From assembly GCF_009914755.1 (NCBI RefSeq), contig NC_060932.1: a stretch of 64,000 nucleotides of DNA. One strand, 5' to 3'. Positions 29,868 through 49,099 of the stretch are shown here, piece after piece (the first letter of the stretch is position 1; each line of letters opens with the position of its first letter). Below the pieces are notes generated by a model that had not been told where the DNA came from, made no database searches, and was given only the letters and a program-made list of their open reading frames with translations. The stretch is from the human T2T-CHM13v2.0 reference genome, Homo sapiens. The position numbers were made by a program, and so were the translations under genes.

Positions 29868-30206
29868 AGCCCGCGGAGCCGGCGGGAGCCGCGCGCGCCG
29901 CCCAGCCGTGCGTCATGGGCAACATCCAGAAGAAGCTGACTGGCAAAGCCGAAGGCGGCAAGCGGCCGGCAAGGGGCGCGCCGCAGCGGGGCCAGACCCC
30001 GGAGGCCGGCGCGGACAAGCGGAGCCCACGGCGGGCCTCTGCGGCGGCGGCGGCGGGCGGCGGCGCCACCGGGCATCCGGGCGGCGGGCAGGGCGCGGAG
30101 AACCCTGCGGGCCTGAAGAGCCAGGGCAACGAGCTGTTCCGAAGCGGGCAGTTCGCCGAGGCGGCCGGCAAGTACTCGGCGGCAATCGCGCTCCTGGAGC
30201 CAGCAG
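29868..30206 (+). CDS. SPAG1: SPAG1 exon 11, GC-rich linker and start of TPR2 (KSQGNELF), 339 nt
   Basis: Inside ORF 29828..30301; ctcacag acceptor, CAG/gtaggt donor. Confidence 0.94.
30041..30064 (+). repeat. Coding (GCG)5(GGC)3 repeat encoding Ala5-Gly3
   Basis: Read directly, within exon 11. Confidence 0.9.
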
Positions 30207-30596
30207 GTAGGTGCGCCGCGCCCCGCCGCTTCCTGGGCCCCTCGCGCTGCGGTTCACCCGACCTCCGGGGCCCCCGTGGGAGAGGCGCTGCCGCCTCCTG
30301 AATGACAGGCGCCGGCATCGCTGCATTCCTCCCAGGTGACTAAGAGCGCCGTGCCACCTGACCTCAGTGAGCAGCACCTGGGAATGCGGGCATGTTCCCG
30401 GCCAGGCACGTTTGCCTCCGTCCCCGCCGGGTTTTCCCTTGGTGGCTGTTGCGGGTAGCAGCTCCGTGGAGTTCTGCATGATCAGTCTGCAGGACTGCAG
30501 TGCCACCCCACCGGAGACCTCGGCCGTCTTGTAATTCTGGTGAACTGTGATCTTGCTAATGGATTTTAACTGTATTTAATTAAATGTGATTTTTAG

Positions 30597-30696
30597 GAAG
30601 TGAAATTGCAGATGATCTAAGTATCTTATATTCAAATAGAGCAGCATGTTACCTAAAAGAAGGAAACTGCAGTGGCTGCATTCAAGATTGTAACAG
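30597..30696 (+). CDS. SPAG1: SPAG1 exon 12, TPR2 (SEIADDLSILYSNRAACY...DCN), 100 nt
   Basis: ttttag acceptor, CAG/gtaaac donor. Confidence 0.95.
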
Positions 30697-31458
30697 GTAA
30701 ACTGCACGTTTTCAGGTTTGTCAAGAGATTGTTATAATTTCATTATGGTGAATGCAATATCCAAGATCCTAAATTTTCTGCCTAAGGATCTAATTTCTTA
30801 AGAGCTTTATGGTATGTTAATTGATTGATGCATAAAAATCATAAATTATCTTACGTATATGAAGAGAGTTATAGAAGATTGTGCAAACTTTTTTCATTTC
30901 CACTGCTACCGCCCTAATTCGTGCTCTTTTCATATCACTCCTAGACTACTGGAGAAGCCTGATAACTAATTCCAATCCACTGCGGCATCAGAGTAACTTT
31001 CCTGAAACATTATTTTGTTCAGATTGTTTCCAACAGGCCTTTAATGGCTCAGTATTGGCTTCGAAATAACTGTAAACTTCTCTGTCACTACACTGCCTCC
31101 AAGCAAGTTTCTCCTTCCGTTTGGTCTACTGGACCACTTGCTTACTCTCGCCCACCTTGTTCTCTGAGCCCTTGCCCATGTTGCCCCTAATGGTGGTAAT
31201 GCCCTTTGCACATCTTATCTTCTGAAGTTCTTGCTCAGCTGCCCCTTCTCTCTACCTTCTTGGGTGCCCTAGACTTCCTGGTCATCTGCAGGCCTGTAAC
31301 ACCTACACTGACACTCGGTCACACCTCTAAGTCCTGTTATCCACTGAAGGGGGTTTAAACACATCGAGGTTAGGAACCATGTCTTTTCTTTTTTAATAGA
31401 CAAATAATCACTGTACATATTTATGGGGTACCGAGTGATGCTTCGATATATATGATGT

Positions 31459-34927
<3,469 letters not shown>

Positions 34928-36283
34928 TAACTGTGTTACCTTGAATAGATAGCCTCTTTTGTAAGCTCTGCTTCAAAAGTTCTCTGTGCTTATTTTTATA
35001 CATGGGTGGTTTTTTTCCTTAATGGAATTTCCATTCATAAGTTCATATTCATTTTCAGGATTGTGGTTAAAGAAAAAAATTTACTGGGCAGAAAGTGCTA
35101 AAAATTAATACAGCATCTCATCAGTTTTAGATCCCAAGCTTGGCTTAAGGCCATCTTGAATAGATAAATGGCACCTTGGTCATTGGAAGTCTTCTGTGAA
35201 GTGAAGGTAGTCACATGGTTGTGACTCTGCTCATAGAGTTAATATTACCTAAACATTAAACTAAGCTAAATTTAAGGCAGTGGTACAGGTGACAGATCCT
35301 GATGCCCACAGATCTATTTTCTAGTGTTGAAATATGTTTACTTGATTTTAATTTTATATTTTAAATAACATTTACTGTTTTAAAAAACCACTTACCTATT
35401 ATAGAAAACTTAAGAAAAAACTAGCACAGCACAAAGACTATCATTAAAATCACTCACAATCCTAACACCTAGGCAGAGTGAAATTGGTTATTTTTTCAGA
35501 GAAGTGAAGCAGATTAGGTTTAACAGCATTTCTAGAGTAACTTCTATGATATGCCAGAAGGGCTCCCACAAGTGCAGCTGAGTATCTGTATGATGTGGTC
35601 TGAGTGGCAAATGACTCAAGAGTTCCTTCATTTGCAGTGTTTGTATGTGTACTGCGGTAGGCAGAGTGTAGGCTTTTGAGGGCTCACAGAGAAGTTTGCT
35701 GAGTGCCTCTCATGACCCAGGTGATCTAGGACTGGGAATATAGTGGTGCTCAGGACAGGCAATGCCAATTGCCTTCCTGAAGCTCACATTAGAAAGAACT
35801 GACCTGTGGGCATGTCACTCCTCATGTTTCTGTTTCTTCACCCACATAATGAACATATTAATATTTACCTGACAGGTTTGTTGTGAGATTAGATGGGGAA
35901 GTCTACAGTGACTAGCACATAGCAGATACTCTGTCAATGTTTCCTCATTGCTGAATCATTGTAGACAGGAATAGACAGCAGATTTCTAAGAGTATCGGAA
36001 AAACAGCAAGTTAAAGAAAGCAGCCCTTGCTCATGCTTTCCTGGAAAGTTAAATACTTGATATATTAACTGTTTATAGCATGAGTTGAAAGAATAAATCC
36101 ACCATCTTCAATGTGGACAGTCTGGTGCAGATGTTAGTTAGGTTATATAGAAAGGAGGCTCTTCATAGGATCTCTGCATGGAGGACTTCTTTGCAGCTTC
36201 TGTTGATTTTGTTAAAACCAAGAGTACTATAGTTTTCATTCATAAATACAGATTTGTGATTCCTTAACCAAAGGCTCTGCGCT

Positions 36284-36360
36284 GCCTTTTGACTTAACAT
36301 ATTTTCAGTTTACCATGGGATTATTGGGACATAACCATATTGTAAATCGAGGATTATATG
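36284..36360. mobile_element. Tigger5/MER47-like terminal fragment
   Basis: TTTTGACTTAACATATTTTCAGTTTACCATGGG...GTAAATCGAGGA resembles the recalled MER47 end. Confidence 0.5.
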
Positions 36361-37048
36361 TACAGTTTTTTTATTGTTTTACTTCAGAATATAATGAAGT
36401 ACGTTAAATGCTGAAGTAGCTTTAAACACTTCAAACAAAACCAAAAAACACAACCATGAGATACATCTTTAGTGATATTGGAAACACTTCATAGACTAAA
36501 ACGTGCAAGATGAAAATTCATAACTTAGAAGAAATCATTGTAGGTTTAGTTCCTTGATTCCCCTTTGGTCTGTTTTTGAAGCCCTTTTGCAGCAAGTGAA
36601 TCATAATGAACTAATAAGTTTTAGAGTGCCGATTTTCAAAATGTGATGCAACTTTTATGGTTCTGTACTTTATTATTAAATACATAGGTGCAAATAAGAA
36701 TTTTCATTTTAATCTGTCAACGACAATCTGTTGAAACCCTGCTGTGTGCCTTGTGCCATGCTGCTCTGTTAGGGGACTGGGGAGGCCAGGACATGCTGCC
36801 AGGGAGCTCCCGGCTCAGTGGGAAAGAGTAAATGCAGAGTGCTTTGCTACTGGTTTAAAAGAAAGGAACACAAATATGATTGCTTTCTTACTCTGGGTTT
36901 GCCTTTCTGGCATGTTGCCTGGTTCCCAAGACGAAGTCTCGGATGTGTACATATTTGAGAGTTCAGTACTGCAGTATCTATTCAGTGAAGTATAAACGAA
37001 AGAGCATTTTTCAAAACAAATGGTATGTAATATTTTTGTCTTCTTTAG

Positions 37049-37201
37049 GGCTCTGGAACTTCATCCATTCTCTATGAAACCTCTTCTGAGGCGGGCGATG
37101 GCCTATGAAACTCTAGAGCAGTATGGGAAAGCTTATGTGGATTATAAAACAGTGTTGCAGATAGACTGTGGACTCCAGCTAGCAAATGACAGTGTTAACA
37201 G
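37049..37201 (+). CDS. SPAG1: SPAG1 exon 13, TPR2 (ALELHPFSMKPLLRRA...DSVN), 153 nt
   Basis: Inside ORF 37020..37205; ctttag acceptor, CAG/gtaatt donor. Confidence 0.95.
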
Positions 37202-37677
37202 GTAATTAATCTGAGGCAGCTACCTAAAATCTAGTTGTTTTACACTGTTTTTCCCTTCCCCTCCTTCAAGAACATGTCAAAATATAGATGTGTTATCAGT
37301 TACTTTTATCACCTGAATGATTGCCTTCTTTTATTCCATTACATCAAATGGTTCTCTCCCTTAACTTAATTTCTGACTCTCCCTTAATTAATTCTGACTT
37401 GTCCTCTAATGCCTTTGTATTTGTTTTCTGATCCATTTATTACTGTTCAATCAGTATTTTTTTTTGGTCTTAGTAACACAGGATATAACTCATATGTGCT
37501 GCTTAAATATATGTGGTGATAAGAGGGTATTTACATAGATATCATAAAACCAGTACTAGTAGCTGGGTGCGGTGGCTGATGCCTGTAATCCTAGCACTTT
37601 GGGAGGCCAAGGCGGGTGGATCACTTGAGGTCAGGAGTTCGAGACCAGCCTGGCCAACATGGCGAAACCCCATCTCA

Positions 37678-37854
<177 letters not shown>

Positions 37855-39529
37855 TTAAAATAAAATAAATAAATCAGTACTAGCTATAGAATAAGATCCA
37901 AAAATGTGGTGAAAACTGCTATGTTGAATCCTCTCCTCCCACAGGATTTGCAGGTGTTCATTGGCACCATATCTGTCAGTGGAAACATATCTCTTGTTTC
38001 TCCTGAGGAGAATGGATGTCTTCATGAGCCTGCCAGATATTTCTGTTATATGCCCTTGTAAATAGACACTTATCTAGGATGAATAGTAATTTATAATGGC
38101 GAAATAGCAAAGAATTTGGATCTAATTTATGTTATGACCTATTTACCCCCAGCGTGAGAATGGGAAGGTAAAAACTTCCAGACTTCATCAATTGCTTTCC
38201 GGTGAAATTTGAAAATTAACTAGTTGGATAACATTTCTAGTTATGTATGACATTTTCTGATCCCATTTGCTTAAAGTGTAACTTCTGAAATATTTATATG
38301 TTACACTGTACCCCATGCTAGTCTAGTGGACCAGGCCTTGATCCTCTCAAAAAAGAAAAAAAGGGGAAAAAATGACATGGTCTCCGTCTTTAAACATACT
38401 AGAATATAGTTGGGTAGAAACAGTGTACAGCAGTTTACCTCCAGGCTCGGGGAAGGGGATCACAGAGAGGCCAGGCCACCTGTGTCTGTATGGGCTGAAC
38501 TTGTTGCAGAGAGAGCACTTGAAGGGGGCTTTGAAGGATGCTGAGAGAACATGAAGAGACCTTAAACAAAATTGTAGAAAATGAGAATGGTAATTCAAGG
38601 TAAGTTTTAAAATCAGACCTTACCTTCCCATGTGGTCCCAGCCCTGCTGGAAAGATACATAGGCAGAGGTGACAACCGTTCTCTTGGTAGTCACAGGGAA
38701 CCTGTCTGATCCCAGCCTGCCTAGAAGAAAGGGACATACATCCATAATCTGTGATGGGGTGAGATGAGACGTCTTGAACCTCTGGCACCCACAGCCTCCT
38801 TGACCTTGAGCTTCCTTGGCCTTGACCAGGCGGTCTCACCTGGCGCTGCACAGCCACCCCACGGTGCGCCATCTGCTGCCTCCTTTTATGTGCCTGCAGG
38901 CCCTTTCTCCTTTTTGTCTTTGAATTCCTTCTCATCTATCAGGAGAGGACTTGCCTCCTCTAGGAAACTACTTGCCCTGATCCACTGTCTCCCTACCCCA
39001 TAGGTGCACCTTAGGTTCCCTTTCTCAGTGCCCCCATAACACTGGGCCCTCTTTTATTACCCAGCTTCTATATTGTTTTCACGTTTGCTGTCTCCCTGTG
39101 TAAAATTCTTTTCCTGTAGCTGTAGCCGGTGTTCCCTGAGGTCAGAAATTGTGTTTTTTCATCTTTGTCGCTGCACTGCCTCCTGTGTCTGCCTCCAGTA
39201 GACGTCCTCAATAAAAATGAGTGCATTTTCAAACAGAGAACACAGAGTTCACTCCTGTGCTTTGGGGCATTGTTTGTTGCTTTTAATTCGCCCCATCCTC
39301 GGCTTAGTAGTTTTCAAGGTAGAGCTGGAGAAAGTAAGATCTTCTCACAGTGTTAGAGGTTATCATGAAATGGAAAGTGGGGAGACACCGGAAGTATCTG
39401 GCAGAGAGGAGGGCCTGATGAAAAGGTATTTTAGGAAGTCTAATTAATAGTAGGCTGAATGGTTGAAGGGAGAAATGGGTCTGAGAGAACATGATTACTG
39501 ACATTTCTGACCTTTTGCATTATAGTTTT

Positions 39530-40100
39530 TCTAAAAAATTGAGGTAGAATTCATGTACATAAAATTAACTAAGATGTGCAATGCAGTGGCATTTTGTACA
39601 CTTACCATCTTGGGCAGTCATCACTTCTTTCTAGTTCCAAAACATTTCCACCACCCCAAAAGGAAGCCCTGTACCCAGTAAGCAGCCACTCCCCATTTTC
39701 CTTTCCCCCCAGCCCCTGGCAACCACAATCTGTGTTCTGTCTCTACGGGTTTATCTGTTCTGATGTTTTATCTAAATGGAATCATATATGGCCTTTTGTG
39801 TTGGGCTTCTTTCACTTAGCATAATGTCTTCAGGGTTCATCCACGGCATAGCATGGATCAGTACTTCATTGCTTTTTATGGCTAACATTCCATTATATGC
39901 ATGTATATATCATATCACATCTTGTTTATCCATTCACCAGTTGATGAACATTTGGGTCATTTTCACCTTTTGGCTATTGTGAACAGTGCTGCTGTGACCA
40001 TTCATGGACAAATTTTTGTTTGCATACTTGCTTTCAGTTCCTTTTCGTATATGCCTAGGAGTAGAATTGCTGGGTAATTCTATGTTTAACTTTTTGAAGA
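39530..40100 (-). mobile_element. Old L1MB 3' end
   Basis: CCCCCAGCCCCTGGCAACCAC...AATGGAATCATATATGGCCTTTTGTG...TTTGGCTATTGTGAACAGTGCTGC. Confidence 0.8.
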
Positions 40101-41069
40101 TTGTATTATATTTGTTATATGTACTCAGGAAGGTTCATTTAAAGTAATTGACTTTTAAGACTGAGTCATTTTTTTTAATTGAATGGTTCTTGTTGATATT
40201 TTGTTGATGAGGAGGCTTTGGTTTTGCCATATATATTTTTATATACAATATCTGTTTAAAATTTTTCACTATTTCTTATTTGTGAATCCCACATTTATGC
40301 TTGCTTTTCCATCTATTCCAATTCATTATGGAAAATTAAACAGCAGAAGCTTTTTTTTTTTTTAAATTTAAACATCTGTATTTATTTTGTTTCTGTCTTC
40401 CATTAACCATATGCCTCTCTTCCTCTCCAGGAATCTTATATGTTAAATTTCCCTGCATATACTTATTTATTCCCTGGCAACACATCATCTCTTTTCAGCT
40501 GCTTCTTCCTTCCTCTCTGCTGGTAATATAAGTTTTGCTTGAAAATTCTTTTTTCTGAAACTTCTTTTTCTTCTGCAATTCTGGGTGGTTATACATTAAT
40601 TTAAATTTTTTTTTACATTAAAGCATAAGATTCAATTATTATAACCAAAGATCACTATGGAAATTTAAGTTTAAGAAACTGTAGGGAAATTATGTGCATT
40701 ACATTTGTCTATATATAAATATAAAAGTTTTTCACACAAAAAGTTGCGACTAGATTTAACTAACTTGAATTTATTCTGCTAATTGCCAGTAAACCAATTC
40801 AGTCTTAGGAAGCAGTTCTTTTTAACCAGATTTGTTCAAAAGACGTAATTTTTAATTTTATTTTTAAATCTAATTATGACATTCTGTATGTTTAAAATAA
40901 TGAAAAAGTGATCACTGAGGATATTAATCTAAATTTTATGATGGCCATCAGTAAATGCCATTAATAAAAAAGCCCTTGTAGTAGAATCTAGTATCTTGTA
41001 TTTTCATCTTTATTCATATGAAAAGAGAATAAATGGGGCTGGGTGCGGTGGCTCACGCCTGTAATCTCA

Positions 41070-41351
<282 letters not shown>

Positions 41352-41941
41352 TTATAGAGATGAAAAAAATACAGAGCAAGAAAGAGTATCTTAAACACAT
41401 GTAAGTGTTTTGAGAAAAAGCATTATTCACATGACAGCGAGCCCTTACCAGTGTTGGCAGCCAGTCTTGTACACCTGTTGTCAACCACAGTAGTTGGTAA
41501 TGTGGTTATCATAATGTACAGTTTGGGCACAGAAATTCTAAAATACTTCTGATCATTCTCAAGAGTAATACATTATCAATTTAGTAATGATTTTAAATAT
41601 TACAGGAGACATTTCTTCTAGGCCTCCTAAATTTTAGTTTTATTAATATATTTAACTTTCTCAAAAAATACAATTTTATTATGTATATGTTAAAATTTTT
41701 TAACAAATTAAAAATGTCTTTTTTGTTTTGATTAAAAAATAGTCTAAGTTGCATCATTTATGACAACTTGTAAATATCTTTTTGAAAACAGTTTATACGG
41801 ACAGAAAATGCTCAGGATTGCATGTTTTCTACAAGGAAGTACACATTTGCATAGCATTTGCAAATTTTATTCTTAATCTGACCTTCAGTAATATAAAAAG
41901 CAAACTAAATGATCAACAGAGAAAATTCACTTTCTCTTTAG

Positions 41942-42108
41942 GCTATCAAGAATTTTAATGGAGCTGGATGGACCAAATTGGCGGGAGAAGCTGTCACCTA
42001 TTCCTGCTGTGCCTGCTTCTGTGCCACTGCAAGCTTGGCATCCGGCAAAAGAGATGATCTCAAAACAAGCAGGAGACTCCAGCAGCCATCGCCAGCAGGG
42101 CATCACAG
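41942..42108 (+). CDS. SPAG1: SPAG1 exon 14 (LSRILMELDGPNWREKL...QQGIT), 167 nt
   Basis: Overlaps ORF 41958..42224; ctttag acceptor, CAG/gtgggg donor. Confidence 0.93.
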
Positions 42109-42550
42109 GTGGGGGATGCCTGCACTCATTTCTTCTCAAGGTTACCTTGAGTTGTGTGTGTACTTTCACAGTAAAGCAGAGAGATAAGAGCATTAATTCT
42201 AGAATCAGACCTAGGTTTAAGTGAAGTCCCTGTTCTCCCTATTTTATTATTATTTTGAGACAGGGTCTTGCTCTGTTGCCCAGGCTGGAGTGCAGTGGTG
42301 CGATCTTGGCTCTGCTTCCTGGGTTCAAGCAATTCTCCTGCCTCAGCCTCCTGAGTAGCTGGGATTACAGGCATGTACCACCACACCTGGCTAATTTTAG
42401 TGGGTTTTTTTTTGTTTGTCTTTAGTAGAGACAGGGTTTCACCATGTTGGCCAGGCTGGTCTCAAACTCCTGACCTCAAATGATCTGCCTGCTTTGGCCT
42501 CCCAAAGTGCTGGAATTATGTTCTCCCTCTTTAAAACTACATGGTCTTAA

Positions 42551-42997
<447 letters not shown>

Positions 42998-43586
42998 TAA
43001 AGTGATTCTCCTGGCTCAGCCTCCCAAAGTGCTGGGATTATAGGCATGAGCCACCATGCGTGGTTTAAGGCAGGGGAATGTATTAATAAATGTCTCACAA
43101 GGAGGTTGTCAGAAATAAATGGAGATGTGTATATAAAATAGTATATTCTGACTTTGTAAACCTGTAGTAACCTCTTAAACATTGTTAACTAAGAAGGCCA
43201 GGTGCAGTGGGTCACTCCTGTAATCCCAGCACTTTGGGAGGCAAGTGGATCACTTGAGCCCAGGAGTTCAAGACCAGCCGGGGCAATATGGCGAAACCCT
43301 ATCTCTACAAAAAAATAGAAGAATTAGCCAAGCGTGGTGGTGCATGCCTATAGTCCCAGCTACTTGGGAGGCTGAGGTGGGAGGATCCCGAGCCCAGGAA
43401 GGTTGAGGCTGCAGTGAGCTGTGATGGTGTCACTGCACTCCAGCCTGGGTGACAGAATAAGATGCTGTCTCAAAAAAAAAAAATTTAAATAACATGTAGC
43501 TCTACAGTAGACCCTGTATGTGATGAGGCTAAAGGAATAAGACTGATATGTTTAAAATAATAAAGTAAAGCCCCACAACATAAATA

Positions 43587-43950
43587 TAATCATGTGCTCA
43601 TAATGGTATTTCAATCAACAATGGAGCACATATATGACAGTGATCCCATAAGATTATATACTGTAACTTTACTGTGTTTTTACTGTAAAGGTACTATACT
43701 CTTACTGTACCTTTTCTGTGTTTAGATACACAAATACCATTGTGTTACAGTTGCCCACAGTATTCAGTACAGTAACATGCTGTTACAGGTTTGTAGCCTA
43801 GGAGCATTAGCTTACACCATACAGCCTGGATATATGGTAGGCTATACCATCTAGGTTTGTGTAACCACACTCTATGATGTTTGCACAATAGCGAAATTGC
43901 CCAACGACAAATTTCGCAGAATGTATCCATTGTTGAGTGATGCATGGCTG
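43587..43950. mobile_element. Tigger3/MER7-type non-autonomous DNA transposon
   Basis: Diverged terminal inverted repeats (TAATCATGTGCTCATAATG ... CATTGTTGAGTGATGCATGGCTG); internal GATCCCATAAGATTATA. Confidence 0.75.
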
Positions 43951-45044
43951 TGTAATGCAGGTGCTTCCTTCTGTCTTTATTGTAGTTGTTAAAAAATTTG
44001 TATTCCCTTAGTGCCTACATTATTACTTTGAGTGTAGTAAGTAAGCATTTAATAAATGTGACTTCACCCTTGCTTTCTGCTTTAAAGCCAGCTGAGGCCC
44101 CATTTCTCCCACAAAGCTTAGAAACTCCATATGTGTCCCCAGGCTGTGCTTCATCTTGCAGATGCCCTGAGGTTCCTGACCCATGATGTCCAGATGGCTA
44201 GTGTTGGACCCTCATTTTCTTTATTGCCAAGAAAGAGCAGACAGGGAATATCTGCCAAGTAGATGATCTAGCAGTCCTAGGGAAATTATGGAGATCTGTA
44301 GTTTTCTAGAGTCCATTATTAATAGGGCCTGACACAAAGCATTTGTTCAGTAAATAAGAGCTACTTCTTATTAACAAAATGCATATATAGCTGTGAGTTA
44401 GCAAACCATAGCACAAGTATAATCAGCTGTGTTTGAATTTTTCTGTCCATATTTGTTTACTGATTGATAGTGAGAATGGATACCAAAGGTTTAAAGACAC
44501 TGGAGGATAAAAGCTTGAGGAAAATTTTTCAGCAAAATCTTCCCTAATATTCTATTTCAGGGTTTATATACCAGGATTGGGAAAGTACCATTTGACCCTA
44601 TTGTGTCAGATTTTTTTTTTTTTTTTTTTTTTTTTGAGACAGGATCTTGCTCTGTTGCGCAGGCTGGGGTGCAGTGGTGCAATTTTGGCTCACTGCTGCC
44701 TCGACCTCCTGGGTTCAGGCAGTCTTCCCACCTCAGTCCTGAGTAGCTGGGACTACAGGTGTGTGCCACCGTGTCTGGCTAATTTTGTATTTTTTATAGA
44801 GACAGGATCTCATTATGTTGCCCAGGCTGGTCTCGAATTCCTGGGCTCAAGTAATCCTTCTGCCTCAACCTCTGAAAGTTCTGGGCTAACAGGTGTGAGT
44901 AGCCTAGGCTATGTGAGATCTTTTGAAACATGAAACATGGGCAGAAATATTCTGTGATTTGAAATAGAAGATGAAAAGTAAACTAGCATTTTATACAATT
45001 TGTGCAGAGGGACAAATAAGATTATTGTTTACATTCTGAGTTTA

Positions 45045-45176
<132 letters not shown>

Positions 45177-45179
45177 CTA

Positions 45180-45533
<354 letters not shown>

Positions 45534-45659
45534 TTAAGATTACAAAATTTAAAGGTATATTTTAAATTTTAATTTATGGATTTTTATTATATATCAAATT
45601 ATTCCATAGGATAAACTTATTACCTAGGTTTAAAACTTTAAATTTTAATATTTTGTGTA

Positions 45660-47010
<1,351 letters not shown>

Positions 47011-47415
47011 CACTTCAGGCTTTAAGAGGAGTGTTCACTATTCACAAAATAATTGCCAAGCAAAACACTGTGGATATTTGTATCCCATTTCATTGACTGG
47101 TTCTGTCGTATCCAAGCTTAACCAGAGGTCTGAAGTGCTCGTGTACCACTGTAAAAGCGCTGTGTGAGGCAGCATAGATGGAGATGACAGAAAACACTGT
47201 GAGGGTTGCTAGTTCACATGTGCAGCCTTATTGGAGACTCTGCCTCTTGTCATATAGTCACCTGAGCCCTGTTAGCATTGTTTGCTTAATTCTCTCCATC
47301 TGTAAGGTGGTTCTGGCCTCTGTTACTGTCTTTAGAATCCCAGTAGAGAAAAGATGGCATGTCAAGATGGATAACATGACAGAATTATTACTTGTATCTT
47401 ATTTTATTTTTTTGA

Positions 47416-47574
<159 letters not shown>

Positions 47575-47577
47575 TAG

Positions 47578-47709
<132 letters not shown>

Positions 47710-47928
47710 TAATTAGAAAATAATAGTATCATAATTATATAATTATTTTTACTTATAGCCTATTTGTCATTTTAATTTGTCTACAAAGTTTTGTTCTAGT
47801 TAGATTTTCACCCTGCATGCTGTGTGGTCAAGTTAATTTGCAATAGAAGATTTACTTATAGTTGTACTTAAGATTTTATAGAGGTGCTTGTACAGATACT
47901 TCCTCTTCTTTGTTTTTTTGTCCCATAG

Positions 47929-48061
47929 ATGAAAAAACATTTAAAGCCCTTAAGGAAGAAGGAAATCAATGTGTAAATGACAAAAACTATAAAGACGCCC
48001 TCAGTAAATACAGCGAATGCTTAAAGATTAACAATAAGGAATGTGCCATATATACAAACAG
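47929..48061 (+). CDS. SPAG1: SPAG1 exon 15, start of TPR3 (KEEGNQCV...IYTN), 133 nt, GC donor
   Basis: Inside ORF 47862..48098; ccatag acceptor. The CAG/gcaagt donor is needed to give YTNR-ALCY in frame. Confidence 0.92.
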
Positions 48062-48544
48062 GCAAGTTCTTTGTAACTTTATATATTTCTTATGTTAATA
48101 GTTTTGATTATTAAAAATATTTTAAGTTATTTTATTAACACAATTAAGTAATTGCCAAAGTTTTTTGTGATGGTTCTAAGAATTTCTATAGCAAGCTGTC
48201 CTAACCAAGTGTGTCTGAAAGAGGTGAGGCCGTGGGAGTTCTACAGAGACTGGAAGCCTGAGGTGTGGGCGGGATGGGAGGTCTGACATAGTTTGTGCCA
48301 CCAGGTTCCCAAAAGCGACCATGGCTGCTTTGGCTTGTGCAACTCTGATTCGGCATTTCCTGGCTTGCCGGCCTCGTTGCAGCTAGCTGGGCCTGGGCAT
48401 TGTCCAGTGTGGGAGGAGCAGGAATCAATGGCCTTTCAAAATAGTGTCTTGGCTGGGCACGGTGGCTCACGCCCATAATCCCAGCACTTTGGGAGGCCGA
48501 GGCGGGTGGATCACGAGGTCAGGAGATCGAGACCATCCTGGCTA

Positions 48545-48844
<300 letters not shown>

Positions 48845-49099
48845 TCAGGTACCGTCTTTACCACGTAGTAAAAGATACCTATATAGAATATGGTGATAGA
48901 ATATTGGACAAAAGATGTCACTAAATCCAACAGATGTTTTTCTGCCCTTCTGTTCAGCCTCTGTAGGATCGGGCATTATTGGTCACTCAGTTTTCTGTGA
49001 AGACTCCTCCTCCTCTTGGCTGCGGAGGAGGAGGCTGGCAGCTCATTGCCTGGTTCTCGTCCTCTCCCTCTCCTTCTGTAGGCTTTTCTTTCCCTAGAA

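Larger units (their letters stand above)
29600..30530. promoter_or_regulatory. Intragenic CpG island, probable internal promoter over exon 11
   Basis: Abrupt GC- and CpG-rich block in AT-rich surroundings; GC boxes at 29721-29726, 29730-29736 and 29761-29766. Confidence 0.85.

Noticed and set aside
29651-30506. Long antisense and alternative-frame ORFs (141, 206, 197 and 100 aa) over exon 11
   Set aside because: Expected from stop-codon scarcity in a CpG island; low-complexity Arg/Pro/Ala/Gly with no domain
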